Counted from the first letter of the whole stretch, positions 1 through 11,769 are shown. The stretch is 63,675 nucleotides of DNA, filler included, from Rhabdomonas costata (GCA_019059605.1; 43 parts of 43 records of this genome joined end to end with filler, not necessarily neighbours in it); one strand, 5' to 3'. A program made the numbers and translations. Notes: generated by a model not told the origin, from the sequence alone.

Positions 1-742
1 GGGGGGTGTGGGAGTAGTGCCCAATTGCAATGTGGGGAAAATTAAGGCAACACAGTGGGCCCCGCCCGATTCTGTGGCGCTCTCGAGAAGATACGATCGT
101 TGTTTTGGGAAGCAGATGCGGCTCAAGTTTGCAACGTGGTGAGCAATTCAAAATTAGGAACATCCGCCAGGAACGCAATGAGGGAGCGTGAGGTAAACTC
201 AAACCGGATATAACCGTGTTATACGTAAGGCAGGCCCATCATTGAGGTGGTGACTCCCCTCCGGGCCCTTTGTTTTTTGTCACCAGGTTTGAGCCGATAG
301 CCGAAGAGAGAAGCGCTGCTCCGGCCGAGGCCACACTGGGAATCCCCCGTTCTGGCCGGGAGTCTCTATGTTCTGAAGGCAGTGAGTTAGGAAACAACAA
401 CATACAATGCAAGCCAAAGCCCTGTCCTGGAGGCAGGGGACTCGCCTGGAGAAAGCCCCACCCTGGAGGAGGAAATAACCGTAATCAAATACCCACGAGG
501 AAGGTGAATACAGCCGGATCTTTACGTTCCATGCACCCCATGTACCCATGCAAAGGACTAAATATCCAAAAAGCTGAAAGGAAGGGAAGGGAATATTAAG
601 AGGGAAGGGAAGGGCGATATAAAGGGGACTAAGATGCCGGAGGTGTACGAGGAAAACTCCCGGCAATCGAAGGTTGGAAAAAAAAAGGGGGGGTGAACAC
701 GGCAGGGCACAACAGCAACAAAAACTGGACAGAAACAGGGAC

Positions 743-893
743 CTTCTCCCGGAAGATTTTTATGGGCTCCTCCGTCTCGCTCAGCTTTTTCATTCGGCGG
801 GATCTCTCGTGCATCACTGTGAGCTTGAGAAACCGGGTCGGGGGTTGCCCGGGGGCCCTGCCCGACTTCCCCATCATCAAAGGGGAGCAGGAC
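743..893 (-). CDS. Probable internal exon, unknown protein
   Basis: GC-richer block bounded by tag| at 894 and |gtccct at 742. Two frames are open and no domain was recognised. Confidence 0.3.
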
Positions 894-1384
894 CTAATCA
901 TACGGAAACCCACGGTCGAACTTCATTTCACAATGCATATGCAATTCTGAAAAGGCGCAACTCCCCTCTCTACCTGACGCCTCAGCCCTTCCATGCCATC
1001 AATTATGTGTATAAACCTCATCCAAGTTGTGAGGTCAATGACAGGTCTGCAGTTTGCGCCGGGCTCGCCTCAGAAAGGTGTGGTTATGGCAAGGCCTCCA
1101 ACTACTGGTCCGTTTCAGGAGGAGGGCTGGAGAGATGAGACAGGCCCATCTGGAAATTCTCCCAGAAATGAAAAGCGACAAAAGAAAGAGCATGCCGAAC
1201 AACAAACACCACTTTCATTCAGACGCAGACCTCGAGCGCGAAGCAGTGCAACACAGAAAATGGCCTCAATCCAGACCCGTGACCTACAGTATCACTGCAA
1301 TGCCGCGTACCTTTGAGAGATTGAAATCAATTCCCTCCCCTGCATCCGGTGGCGACAAAAAAATGCACAGGGCACACCCAACCC

Positions 1385-1484
1385 NNNNNNNNNNNNNNNN
1401 NNNNNNNNNNNNNNNNNNNNNNNNNNNNTTAATTAATTAANNNNNNNNNNNNNNNNNNNNNNNNNNNNNNNNNNNNNNNNNNNN
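1385..1484. other. Artificial contig-joining spacer N44-TTAATTAATTAA-N44 (first of 42 copies)
   Basis: An identical 100-nt spacer recurs about every 1.48 kb. TTAATTAATTAA gives stops in all six frames. It separates 43 similar-length contigs. Confidence 0.99.
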
Positions 1485-1535
1485 CGAGATACGACGGATA
1501 CCAAATAACAGCCCCACCAAGAACCCCACAGCAAC

Positions 1536-2154
1536 CTGTGCAGCAGTCACTGTGAGTGCAGGTCGTTGAGGAGCACAACGTCCTGGGGTCATTTGCAGTA
1601 AACCCACTGAGGCAACTCACACCGCTGCTGCCGCAGGTCGTGTGGGCTGCGGAGAGAAACAATGCCCCCTCCAAAACGAACACATGTCCACATTCGAGAC
1701 AAAAATGCACTTTTTTCTTTCGCCGACTTCTTCTTTTGGGAAAAAGATGTCCCTTTTGTGCGAATGTCGGCGGTGCCTCTAAGTTCAGTAATACCCAAAA
1801 GCACACAATGCCAGCACCTTGACAACTTCCAAACAAGAGCTGGGGGAGGGGGAGTTAAGATGTGGACATCAGATTGGGAGCGGTTTCCACGACGTTTATT
1901 CGCAACTGCAGGCCACCCTGCATTTTCTGGTCGCTTGATGGTGTCCACCGGGCGCGATATACACATCTGCAATCGGGAAAACGAGGATTAGGGGCTGAAC
2001 GTCAGCCCGTGCTGTCGCATGAAAAAACCGACTAAATACCACGTACCCCACCTTCTGGCAAACAACCTTGCGTGCTTCCACCCGGAAAAAGTAATGCTAG
2101 GGTGGTGGTGACCAGCACTATCTGAACCCATTGCGAGGTGGTGGAGAGAGGCAT
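1536..2154 (-). CDS. Secreted Cys-rich protein, first two exons
   Basis: Exon 2154-2067 encodes MPLSTTSQWVQIVLVTTTLALLFPGGSTQ (signal-peptide-like, phase-1 donor gttgtt). Exon 1646-1536 (111 nt, phase 1/1) encodes AHTTCGSSGVSCLSGFTANDPRTLCSSTTCTHSDCCT. Phases join correctly. Confidence 0.55.
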
Positions 2155-2301
2155 TAGTTGGAGCAAAAGTTGGGTCAAAAATAGGGGTGTGGAAAATAAG
2201 GAGAGGAGAGAAACAAAAAAACGAAACGTTCGAAACCAAGCCACAGAGTGTACACTGCAGGGTGAGGAGGCGGAGTAGTACGCAACAGCGGAAGAAGATC
2301 C

Positions 2302-2588
2302 CTACGCGGATAGCTTCTGCATAACAGCAAACGCGGAGACAAGCATCGGAACAGACGCCAAGGTCCGGCTGGCGTGCCATGACCCGTGAACCCACACACT
2401 TGTAGAGCGCGGTGCAGAGGTGAGCGTTGAGAGCATCCCAAAATGCTTTGCCTTCCGAAGACATCCCACTGCCAAATCACCGACCCTCTTCGGTGCTCGG
2501 GGCATTGGCCTTGCGGGTATTGTGGTTGTTGAACTTGCCGTCATGACCTGCCGTCCCTTTTCAAGGATCCTCGCTTGCCCACCAAGGA
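2302..2588 (-). CDS. Cyclic-nucleotide-binding (cNMP) domain protein, 3' exon
   Basis: After the tag acceptor the frame reads LGGQARILE...VGCLRKAKHFGMLSTLTSAPRSTSV, matching the cNMP pattern (x-L-x-x-G-x-x-FGE-x-x-L-x-x-x-PRS-x-S-V), with E replaced by M. Confidence 0.6.
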
Positions 2589-3639
2589 CTAGGTGCTAAT
2601 TTTTTCTCCACGCCACTCGTGAGAAGCACTTGGTCGGCTTGTTCCGAGAAACGTGCACTTCACATCGAGCACTGCCGATTCGCGTTCGCGCTTGCAATGG
2701 CTTGCCAGGTCCGTTTTTCTTCAAAATGATTGGCTATCACACCACCTCCACGATGACAACTGGGTTATTTATTTATTGCCAGTGTCCCTTCAAAAAGTCG
2801 CCGCGGAAAAACTGCACTCTACTCTGTACACTGCTGTCTTGCCAAAAAAACACAAACACACCCACCACNNNNNNNNNNNNNNNNNNNNNNNNNNNNNNNN
2901 NNNNNNNNNNNNTTAATTAATTAANNNNNNNNNNNNNNNNNNNNNNNNNNNNNNNNNNNNNNNNNNNNGGTGGGGGCAGATTACGTCGACTTGACGTGCT
3001 GCCAATCAAACTCGAAGCCAACAGACAGAGCTTTGAGTTTTGAGGGGTGAGGGCTGGTAAGGTGTCTTGAGAAGAAATTTTCATTGGGCCGAGTAGCGCA
3101 GCGGAGGCCAGGTCCTTCCCAGATGCAAACTGGAGCTAACCATCATAATTTGGCAGATCCCTTAAAATGGGAGGGGGTTGCAGAGGGGTAAAAGTTTTCT
3201 TACGCGGCACAATTTTGAGGCCAATTTACGATCTCGCCTCGCCTTGGACGTTCGCGGTGCTTGCAGTCACGCCCCCTACTGCAAGCCATGTGCGTAAAAC
3301 CACAAATAGGCTGGTTCACGGTCAGATTGATTGCAGCGCGCTAGCCTCACCAAAGCAAAAGCAAAAGCTCGCAGCGATGCCACAAAGCTTATTTCTTATA
3401 TCTTTACACCTTTAAACATTCACTATTCACTATCATACCGTTTCTTTGCCAGGCCAAAACCAGGCAACAAGGTACCGTAAAAAGCACTGGCCGGTGTTCA
3501 GCTATCCGGGTGGAGTTCCGACGCCACCCTCCATATATACCATCCGACCCCGCCCTTCATATATCTGGACGCTTGTGGGGCTACACAGTATCCGCAAGAC
3601 TCATTCCGTGGCCGCAACTCCAGGGAGCAGGGAAACAAC

Positions 3640-4082
3640 CTCAGAGATAGGCAAGTTGTCGAGAATAAAGTGCACCCTGTAGCCCTCGTTGATGCGCATC
3701 TGCAGGAGCATGGTGGACGCTCGCAGCTTGTTGGGCTGAAAGGCAACAAGGGAGACAGAAGCGAAGGAACCCGTGCTTGCCGCTGTGATCAGCTTGCACA
3801 CCCACCAGCCAAAAGGGTCAATTTTACGTCGATGGTTCATAACCTCACAAATCTGCACCGAAATGAGACCGCAGACCCACGGGCTCACCAGGAAATTCTC
3901 GGAAGAAGAAAAACCGCCCCCCAAAAACGGAAACAACGCTCACTTTCCGTTGAAATTGAAACGGCGCGGGTACCATTGTAGTACCCGAGGCAGGTATGTT
4001 GCACAGCTTTTTGCAGACAATGTCTTCCTGCATCTTCGCCACATAAGCGGAGGGCTCGATGGCATCTCCCCACAGGATTTCT
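3640..4082 (-). CDS. Transmembrane 9 superfamily (EMP70/TM9SF) protein, partial
   Basis: Exon 4082-3974 encodes EILWGDAIEPSAYVAKMQEDIVCKKLC and exon 3735-3640 encodes LQMRINEGYRVHFILDNLPISE. These match TM9SF GEVLxGDRI..C..LC..YRVxxILDNLP. GT-AG intron in phase 0. Confidence 0.88.
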
Positions 4083-4753
4083 CTGCAGCGCAACGCCCAC
4101 ACTTGCAAGAGGCAGTATGCGAACCCTCGGAAACAGTTATGGTGAATGTCTACGGAAGACCCACAAACAGATAAGAACGCCCTTCACGGAGTTTCAGCTC
4201 AGCTTAGGACACTCAACAATGCAACCTCCCTCTCAGGATGGATTCCTCAAAGACTTACCCTCAAAGGGGGAGTGCCCTTGACTTTGGGGGAGGGGTGACT
4301 GTATTCTTTTACGCAGGCCACAATGGAAATGGCCACGTTAGGCCAACCCACCNNNNNNNNNNNNNNNNNNNNNNNNNNNNNNNNNNNNNNNNNNNNTTAA
4401 TTAATTAANNNNNNNNNNNNNNNNNNNNNNNNNNNNNNNNNNNNNNNNNNNNGGTGGTGGGTGTGTTTGGGGTTTTGTTGGTGTCTGCAGCGTCTGCACT
4501 TTCAGTTTGGTTTGGTGCGGGCCTTTTTCTTCTCACACCAACGGCTTTGGTTGTGTTTTTGGCACACTGCGCCATAGAAAAAATTCGACCACGACGATAC
4601 AACTACGACACCACGGACCGCGCAGAGTCCAGCACCCGCGCCACCATTCCAACAACCGAAAGAGAAAACCTTGCACCCAGTGGGAAGGGGTATCACCAAA
4701 CCAGAACTGTACACAGCAGAAGGTGAGGCACAGAGAGCACAATGGGCTCACAC

Positions 4754-5831
4754 CGTCAGGACGGTGAAGAGGCCGTTCCAGGCAGCCAGCAGGAAGGAGC
4801 TCCAGAAGCTCACCCCGCAGAACCCCGCGGCGAAGTTGAAGATGACCTGGCAGAACGCCAGCAGGATGGACTTGTAGAAGCTGTACTGCACAATGTAGCA
4901 CGTCCGAAGGTAGCTGTAGTGCCCGTGAACCAGTAGCAGCGGCTGCAGGAAGCTGAACCTCGCGAAGCTACGGGTGCGGAAAAAGACGCAGATGAGACCA
5001 GAGAGAGTGCGAAAAGACGGTGTGGGGACGTTGTTACCCCCCTCCACTGATTGTAAACACGAACCGGTGATAGCGGAAGTAAAGCTACCAACGGAACAGA
5101 ACAATCACCACGTATCGTTGAGCAGCTGAAGACGGGCACCAGGCTACGTTTTGGTTCGGATTCGGATGGATTCAGAGGAAATTTGGATGCGCACGTTCCA
5201 TTCCAAGCACGCAGCCTCTTGGATGGAAAAATGGTGCACTGCATTTCCAACAGGAACCAACCATCGAGCAAGCTCAAAAGAACATGAAAAACCACTAAAC
5301 TTGGCACTTGTCGGCACTTGGCACTTGCTGAGGGAAGGGACCGGGTGTTTGTGATTGCGTATGGGAGACGGGGGGGGGGACAGCGGGCGGCAGCGGTGAC
5401 GCGTGCCTGAAGTCCGCGGCACGCGCGGCGTGGAGGCCCTCCTTGCCTGAGATGCCCACCCCCACGTGGGCCTCGCGGATCATAGCCACGTCGTTCCCTA
5501 TTTGTGCCACCGCAAACACACAACGCGCACAACGAGGGATGTGTATGCCAAGAAACCAACCCAAGGAAACAGGGCAACAGCAACCAGCTACAAGAGCAAG
5601 GGGGACAGGGGAGAGCCGCGGAGAGGCAATTCCTCTGACGAACCGCGTAGGCAGGTGGCAAACAATTCCAAATGTGTCCGTTTCCAATGTAACCGCGGCC
5701 TCAACCAGCACCGAGCAAGGAACGGGTGGTTTCTGGGAAGCTTGAAAGACCTCCATCGCCGATGGCTAGGGTCTTGCGGCCCTCCTCCTTCACCAGCTGG
5801 GTCACCTCCGCCTTCTGCCCAGGAGTCACAC
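4754..5831 (-). CDS. P4-type ATPase (phospholipid flippase, ALA2/ATP9-like), partial
   Basis: Exons ~5831-5751 (VTPGQKAEV..KTLAIGDG), 5497-5407 (GNDVAMIREAHVGVGISGKEGLHAARAADF) and 4967-4754 (SFARFSFLQPLLLVHGHYSYLRTCYIVQYSFYK). The second intron is GC-AG. Confidence 0.95.
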
Positions 5832-6950
5832 AAAAANNNNNNNNNNNNNNNNNNNNNNNNNNNNNNNNNNNNNNNNNNNNTTAATTAATTAANNNNNNNN
5901 NNNNNNNNNNNNNNNNNNNNNNNNNNNNNNNNNNNNGTTTTGTTTTGCTTGGTGAGCAGCAATGTCCCGTCTGAACTTGAACATTGTACCGTCGGGCGCA
6001 TACTCGCGGACACAGTCTCTCCAAGCCCCAAAACCACCAGGCAGGTGGTAACAATCGACAACAAAATGTTCAAGTTCAGACGGGACATTGCTGCTCACCA
6101 AGCAAGTCAAAAATCAAAGTTAGAAAGTACCACTGATGAAAAATTCAAGGATGAGAAACGTAAGTGACAAAAAACGTTTTCCGATTACTTTAATCCTCGC
6201 TCAGGCGCTCATATGGTGAGTTTTTTATATTAACTCGCGGCCCGATTTCAAATGACGATAGCGATTGAGTGAATATTATTACAAACAATGCTGAACAATA
6301 AATGAGTCAATTAGTTTGAAGAACATCGCCAAACCATTAAAGCGGGAAACACCGGATACATAGCCAGTCGTGGGAGCAGAGGATAGAAAAAGAAGTTTTT
6401 GGATATTACAGGGTTTATAAAAACCGCCTGGCAAGTACCTGATCTGTACACCTTGAGTGTACCGGGGGGGAGGAGAGGGCATTGTTGTCTTAAATTCGGA
6501 AACCGGATTTACGGTAAGCTACCGGATTTAAGAGACGACCCTCCCCCCCCCCCCGAATAAAAATATGCCGAATGCACCGCCGCAGACACCCATGCATCTG
6601 GGGGAACGTATCGTTTTCGCGGGGGGGGGGGTTCAGGTGTGTGAGTAATGTGAGGGTCCAGGGAATTTTCGCTTTCCAACAAACAACATATGAATCCCCA
6701 CATCCTATCGCTAGGATGTATGCGTCTTGGCGTGCCGAGGTGAGAGGCGCGAGATGAGCCAGCATATGCCCTCTTCGGTCGGTCAGGCGTCGTACATCTC
6801 CTTGGCATGGGATGAGCGACGTACGATGAAAGTGTAGTGTAACGAAGAGGAATTGCATGAAATTCGAAAATCCCCAACAACCACAACAAGTATGGATCAT
6901 TTCTTCTCTCTCGTTCTCATGTTCTCTGTGTGGGTGGGTGGGTGTCGCAG

Positions 6951-7092
6951 GAGCTGTGGAGGTTGCCAGCGGAAGGTGGCGGCGAAGAAGCAGCTATCGC
7001 TGTGGACCGCCCCCACGGTGCTGGTGATCACCTTGAAGAGGTTCAAGACCGCTGCCTTCCTCACGGGCAGCTACGCAGACAAGATCACCAGG
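6951..7092 (+). CDS. Ubiquitin-specific protease (USP/UCH C19) exon
   Basis: After the cag acceptor: CGGCQRKVAAKKQLSLWTAPTVLVITLKRF, the USP CxxC...PxVLxIxLKRF motif. The 3' boundary is uncertain (possible GC donor at 7093). Confidence 0.88.
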
Positions 7093-8139
7093 GCGCAGAC
7101 CCCCCTCCCCCCCCCACACACACACAACTCCCATCCCATCCTGGCGCCAGGCGCTTGCTTTCCCTTCCGCTCAGTCAGAACCATCCGAACCATTTTCTAC
7201 ACATATAAGCACACGCAGTCGTCATCTTCAGCACCACTGCGTTTATGACGGCTAGAGGGCCTGTTGCCACTGTTACCACTAAACGTTTAGCAGTGCTAAA
7301 CGGAGCATCAACCCACCACCNNNNNNNNNNNNNNNNNNNNNNNNNNNNNNNNNNNNNNNNNNNNTTAATTAATTAANNNNNNNNNNNNNNNNNNNNNNNN
7401 NNNNNNNNNNNNNNNNNNNNTTTGGTAGAAGGGGAAGGGAAGACCTGTTGTAGGAAGCTGTAACACCCGCGGAACTAATTCTTGCCGGGGCGCTCTCTAC
7501 TCTGCGTGGTGGCACGAAGAAACTGCGGTCCATGGGGGCCAAGAAAATGGACGGCCGATTGGGCGTTGGTGGGCAGTTCCCCAGGCACTGAGAGTCGTTT
7601 TTTGCCTGAGTATGAATATGCTGAGCTGGATGAATGGTCAACACTGGTACGGATACTGCCAGGCACCGAAATCAGCTCATTAGGTGTTAAGCTGAAGGCA
7701 CCTCTGTCCTCACCCATACTAGTCTTCCCCTGTGGAGCATCGGGGCCAGCAGGTGTCTCAGGTTGGGGACATAAGAGTCTGTCGTGTGTAGGTTTGTTTC
7801 GCTGAAGAAGTCCCCCTTTGTTTTCTTGTCTTCGCGCGTGCTTGCGTGTGTGGAAACTCGAAAGCAATCACACACTTCAGAAAGAATACTCACCGATCCT
7901 TTAATTGGACAGAATGAGAACATCTTAGATTTGTGAAAAGGGTCGTGGGCGAACTTTCCGATTTTTAACCAACAGAGATGAGTGAATGACCTGCTTGCTG
8001 GAGCAATAGTGAGATCTCTTTCCGTTTTGCCTTGCAGACGTGCTGCAGTTCAGGGAAGCTTCCTTCGCGTTGCCTTCCTTGCCCGGATTCCTCCTCACAC
8101 AACCCCCTCCCAAATATATTCCCCTCGAGGGGAAAATAC

Positions 8140-8648
8140 CTGGATCAGAATAGCCTGCAGCAAAGGAAGCTCAATGGCCTTCTTGGGCGCCAACTTGCTG
8201 AGAAGGTCCTTCAGACTGCTGTTCATGTACTGGACAGACACAGAACAGAAACGTGAAGATAACATGGCCCAGAAATGATTGTTCTGATTCTATGACAGTT
8301 GGAAATACGTCAAAAGAGGGGGTTGCAGCCCTTCCAAAGATGCGGCACGGATGGAAAAACAAGCAGTGATGGAAAAAGAGGGAAGCGCCCAACAGCGAAA
8401 AAGCAACTGGCAGGGAGGACAGCGTACAAGGTCAAAAAGCGGCAACAAGCGAATTGATCCCATGACACGTTTGCTAATCTCTCTTCCTCCCCCTACCGTA
8501 AACCTGGCAACAAAAAATCCGACGTACGAAAGGAGGATGATCAGCTTTCTTCTCGAGTGGGGGAGGGAAGGAGAGCGAAAGCCAGTGCAAAGGGGCACGT
8601 GGTCCACACCTCCATGATGATGTGCACAGCTCCATCTTCAAAGAAGGC
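8140..8648 (-). CDS. Protein kinase, MAP2K/STE7-like, partial
   Basis: Exon 8648-8610 (AFFEDGAVHIIME) and exon 8229-8140 (YMNSSLKDLLSKLAPKKAIELPLLQAILIQ) are both phase 0 and give kinase subdomains IV-VIa. Confidence 0.75.
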
Positions 8649-8983
8649 CTGAAAAAAAAACGCAAGCACCATCCCTTCTGCACTTCCAGTATTCGGAACC
8701 AGTATCCCCACAAATCTGGAGTACCCCCCCAACCAACTTTGAGACTGGACCCCATTCTTGGTAGAAGCTTAGGTCGTCATGACCTGAGGTGATGCAAAAC
8801 CACCNNNNNNNNNNNNNNNNNNNNNNNNNNNNNNNNNNNNNNNNNNNNTTAATTAATTAANNNNNNNNNNNNNNNNNNNNNNNNNNNNNNNNNNNNNNNN
8901 NNNNTTTGTTTGGGGTTCCAGGCACGTCCATCATTCGCCTGCTTACTGAGGATTAACTCTCTCTCTCTCTCTCGTTCGTTTAG

Positions 8984-10112
8984 GACTCCGGGGCGCAGTT
9001 CGATGATGCTGTGGGGCAGGCCAAGGTTCGGGCCTCGCAGCTTCTGGGGCTGCCCTCCGCGGAGGTGCAGCGCGGGCTTTCCGCGGATGAGGTGGGCACC
9101 CCGATGTGGCTTCGCGGGGTGGAGCTCGTGCGCCGCCGCAAGGTGATTCCCGCCATGCAGACCTTCCTTCAGGCCCTGCAGGCCGTCAACCCGCAGGTGT
9201 GTCGGTGGGTGTAAGTCTGTGCGCGACCTCAGGTATTGTGCAAACAGTGGGCATGTGTGTGCGTCTGGAAATCAAGTCCGTCGGGATGCGCGGGCCGACC
9301 TCTTGAGGGGTGCTAGGCAATAGCAGGAATCCCTTCCTAAGCTTCTGGAAGCTTGGTTTGGGTAGATGTAGATCATCTCATCGACAAATTGATCTGGAGT
9401 TGAATGATCGGGCGGTTGAAGCAAGGTCGTCGGCTCGCTCTGCTCACGTGAAAAGAAGACGAAGCGAGTTTAAGTGGAGAGGAAGGTGAATTAGGGAATA
9501 GCAGGAATAACATGAGCCGTGGGCGGTCCGACGTTGGTTTTTTTTTTGAAGTGTGTGTGGGGGTCAATGCTTTTTCCGTTGGTGAACCGCATGCCTCGCT
9601 GTGCGGTGTATGTACTATATTGGTCTTCTTGTGGCCTTAGGGATTTATGCGGACTATTTTGACTTTTTTGGATGCGGCACCGACTGCACATCTGTCCCTC
9701 GCTTCTCTCGCCGTGTCAGATCGTCGCCCAGGTGTGCAACAGCTGCTACGACATGCGATGCTGGGTGACCTACTACACCCGCTCCGCTTCAGACGCAGCC
9801 TGCCTCTCCCCTTCCTCTGCCCCGCACATCCGCAGCCGCAGCACCCCTGCGCCCTCCTCCCCCTCGCCCGCGCCATGCCGCTCGTCCCCGTCGTGCTACT
9901 ACAGCGTGGACAACTCCCCAACCACGGCGGACGCAGCAGGGACAGGGGAGACCGAGGGCACTGAGGCGGCTCGGGCTGCCATTGCTGTGGTGAGGCTGGA
10001 GTCTCTGCTGGCCCAGGCTGATAACAGACCACGGCAAAGCCGTCCTGCCGCTCTGTCCGGGGTCCCCCACGGCACGTCGTTTTCCTCCCACATTCGCGTG
10101 CCGTTTTTCTGA
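8984..10112 (+). CDS. Hypothetical protein, last two exons
   Basis: Exons 8984-9196 and 9720-10112 (stop), joined by a phase-0 GT-AG intron. Codons are GC-rich. Confidence 0.6.
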
Positions 10113-10734
10113 CGTGGCGGCTGCTTCCAGTTTCCTCACATGAACGCTGCGCACGCACGCACGAAAACAAGAAGGCACTGATGCATTTTGGGGACCCCCC
10201 CCCTATTACGGTGCATTTTACTAACCCTGCAGCCTAGAGGGCGCGCGGTTCGTAAAATGCACCGTAATGGGGGGGGGTCCCCAACACANNNNNNNNNNNN
10301 NNNNNNNNNNNNNNNNNNNNNNNNNNNNNNNNTTAATTAATTAANNNNNNNNNNNNNNNNNNNNNNNNNNNNNNNNNNNNNNNNNNNNGGCCCTAGCAAT
10401 TGCATAATATCAGTAGCAGGCCTGTAATATTAGGCAATTGCTAGGGCCCCAAGATCGACTCCTAAACCTCTATCGTTTTATAAAACTGCTGTAGTTGTTG
10501 CGCTTGGCCTTTGGCAACGGCATTTCAGGAAATTGGTGGCCTGATGTTGGCCCACCTACAGCTTGGATGCTCCGAAATACAACAACGTAATCTAGCTAAT
10601 AGATGACACATACATTCCGTGTTCGCTTTTGCTCTTCTTGGACCTGCGATGGATTACACATTGAGATGTGTTTTGAAACGTCAGAGGTCAGGGTGCTTCT
10701 TCTACCCCTCAAGCCTTTTTTCTCTTGTCTGCAG

Positions 10735-10991
10735 CTACGGACCCTCTGGGGAAGCATAGTGGGCTCTCGTGTAGCGCGCTGCCCTTCGCGGGGCAGCCCC
10801 GCAGCGGGCTCGCCGCGAGCAACTCCCAGGCCATCGTGGGCCCCCTGGAGGGCCTGACCATTCGGACCCTTCCATTGCTGCACAGCCGGGCCTACGTGCA
10901 CCACTTCCAGCGGTACGGGGTTGGGCTGGAGGAGATGCTGGATAGCCTGGCCGTGGTGCAGCAGGTGCTGCTGGACTACAAGGGCCTGTGA
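10735..10991 (+). CDS. Delta- (or zeta-) tubulin, C-terminal exon
   Basis: SNSQAIVGPLEGLTIRTLPLLHSRAYVHHFQRYGVGLEEMLDSLAVVQQVLLDYKGL* aligns with the delta-tubulin C-terminus SNSQ..PL..AY.H..K/R.G.EE..DS...EQV..Y..L. Confidence 0.8.
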
Positions 10992-11336
10992 ACCCACCCC
11001 GGGACGGAGTTACTGTGAGGAGCCATTTGAGGCGGCTTCGCTCTTGTACGAGGGAGCTGCTACTCGCTGCTGTTCGTATGTGGGTTTTGCACTCGATTCC
11101 CTGCGGGCCGTAGGGCATTTTTATTTTGCCCGGAAGCGGTCTTTCGGGCGCTTCCCTTGTGCTGTACAATGAGTGATTGCGTTTCTGCCTTCGCAGTGTG
11201 ACAAGCCCTGGAATAAATTACTGCACCCATTGTCATGTTTTCATTGCCGAGCGCGGTTCCGTCCCGGTGAGCTCGGTTTGTGCATCGGAAACATATTAAT
11301 TTCGAGCGCGCCAGCAAGATCTTTTACTCGTGTTAC

Positions 11337-11769
11337 TGTTGCAACCGGTGGCTGCCACCAGTGGCGAAGGTTGCCACTGGTCCATCTCGCAGTATCAGTT
11401 GGGCCGAAGGTATCCCTGATTGGACTTACCCCACACACGCACATAACCGTTTTGTTCAGGGAGTTGGGCGATGCGCCCTGATACTGCACCTTTCCCCGTT
11501 GCCCACACAGCTGTTAGTGGGAAGTCGTGTCTTCTGCCCAGTGTGCTTCACGTATTGTAACCATCTATTCTGCACAAGCTCGTGTCCCAGTCATCCAAAA
11601 CGTATTCATCTAGTCACTTCGGTCGTCGCAATGTTGCGGATTTCGCTGCTTTCGCTGGTTCGTTTCATGTTGCAACCGGTGGCTGCCACCAGTGGCGAAG
11701 GTTGCCACTGGTCCATCTAGCAGTATCAGTTGGGCCGAAGGTATCCCTGATTGGACTTACCCCACACAC
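11337..11769. repeat. 102-bp direct repeat (11337-11438 and 11668-11769)
   Basis: Two copies 331 bp apart with one mismatch (ctcgc versus ctagc). Each contains internal hairpins. Confidence 0.9.

Noticed and set aside
7093-7150. Euglenid-type non-conventional intron (CAG at +4..6, CTG near the 3' end) in the USP gene
   Set aside because: CTG spacing does not fit the -8..-6 rule, and the downstream translation does not continue the USP alignment convincingly.
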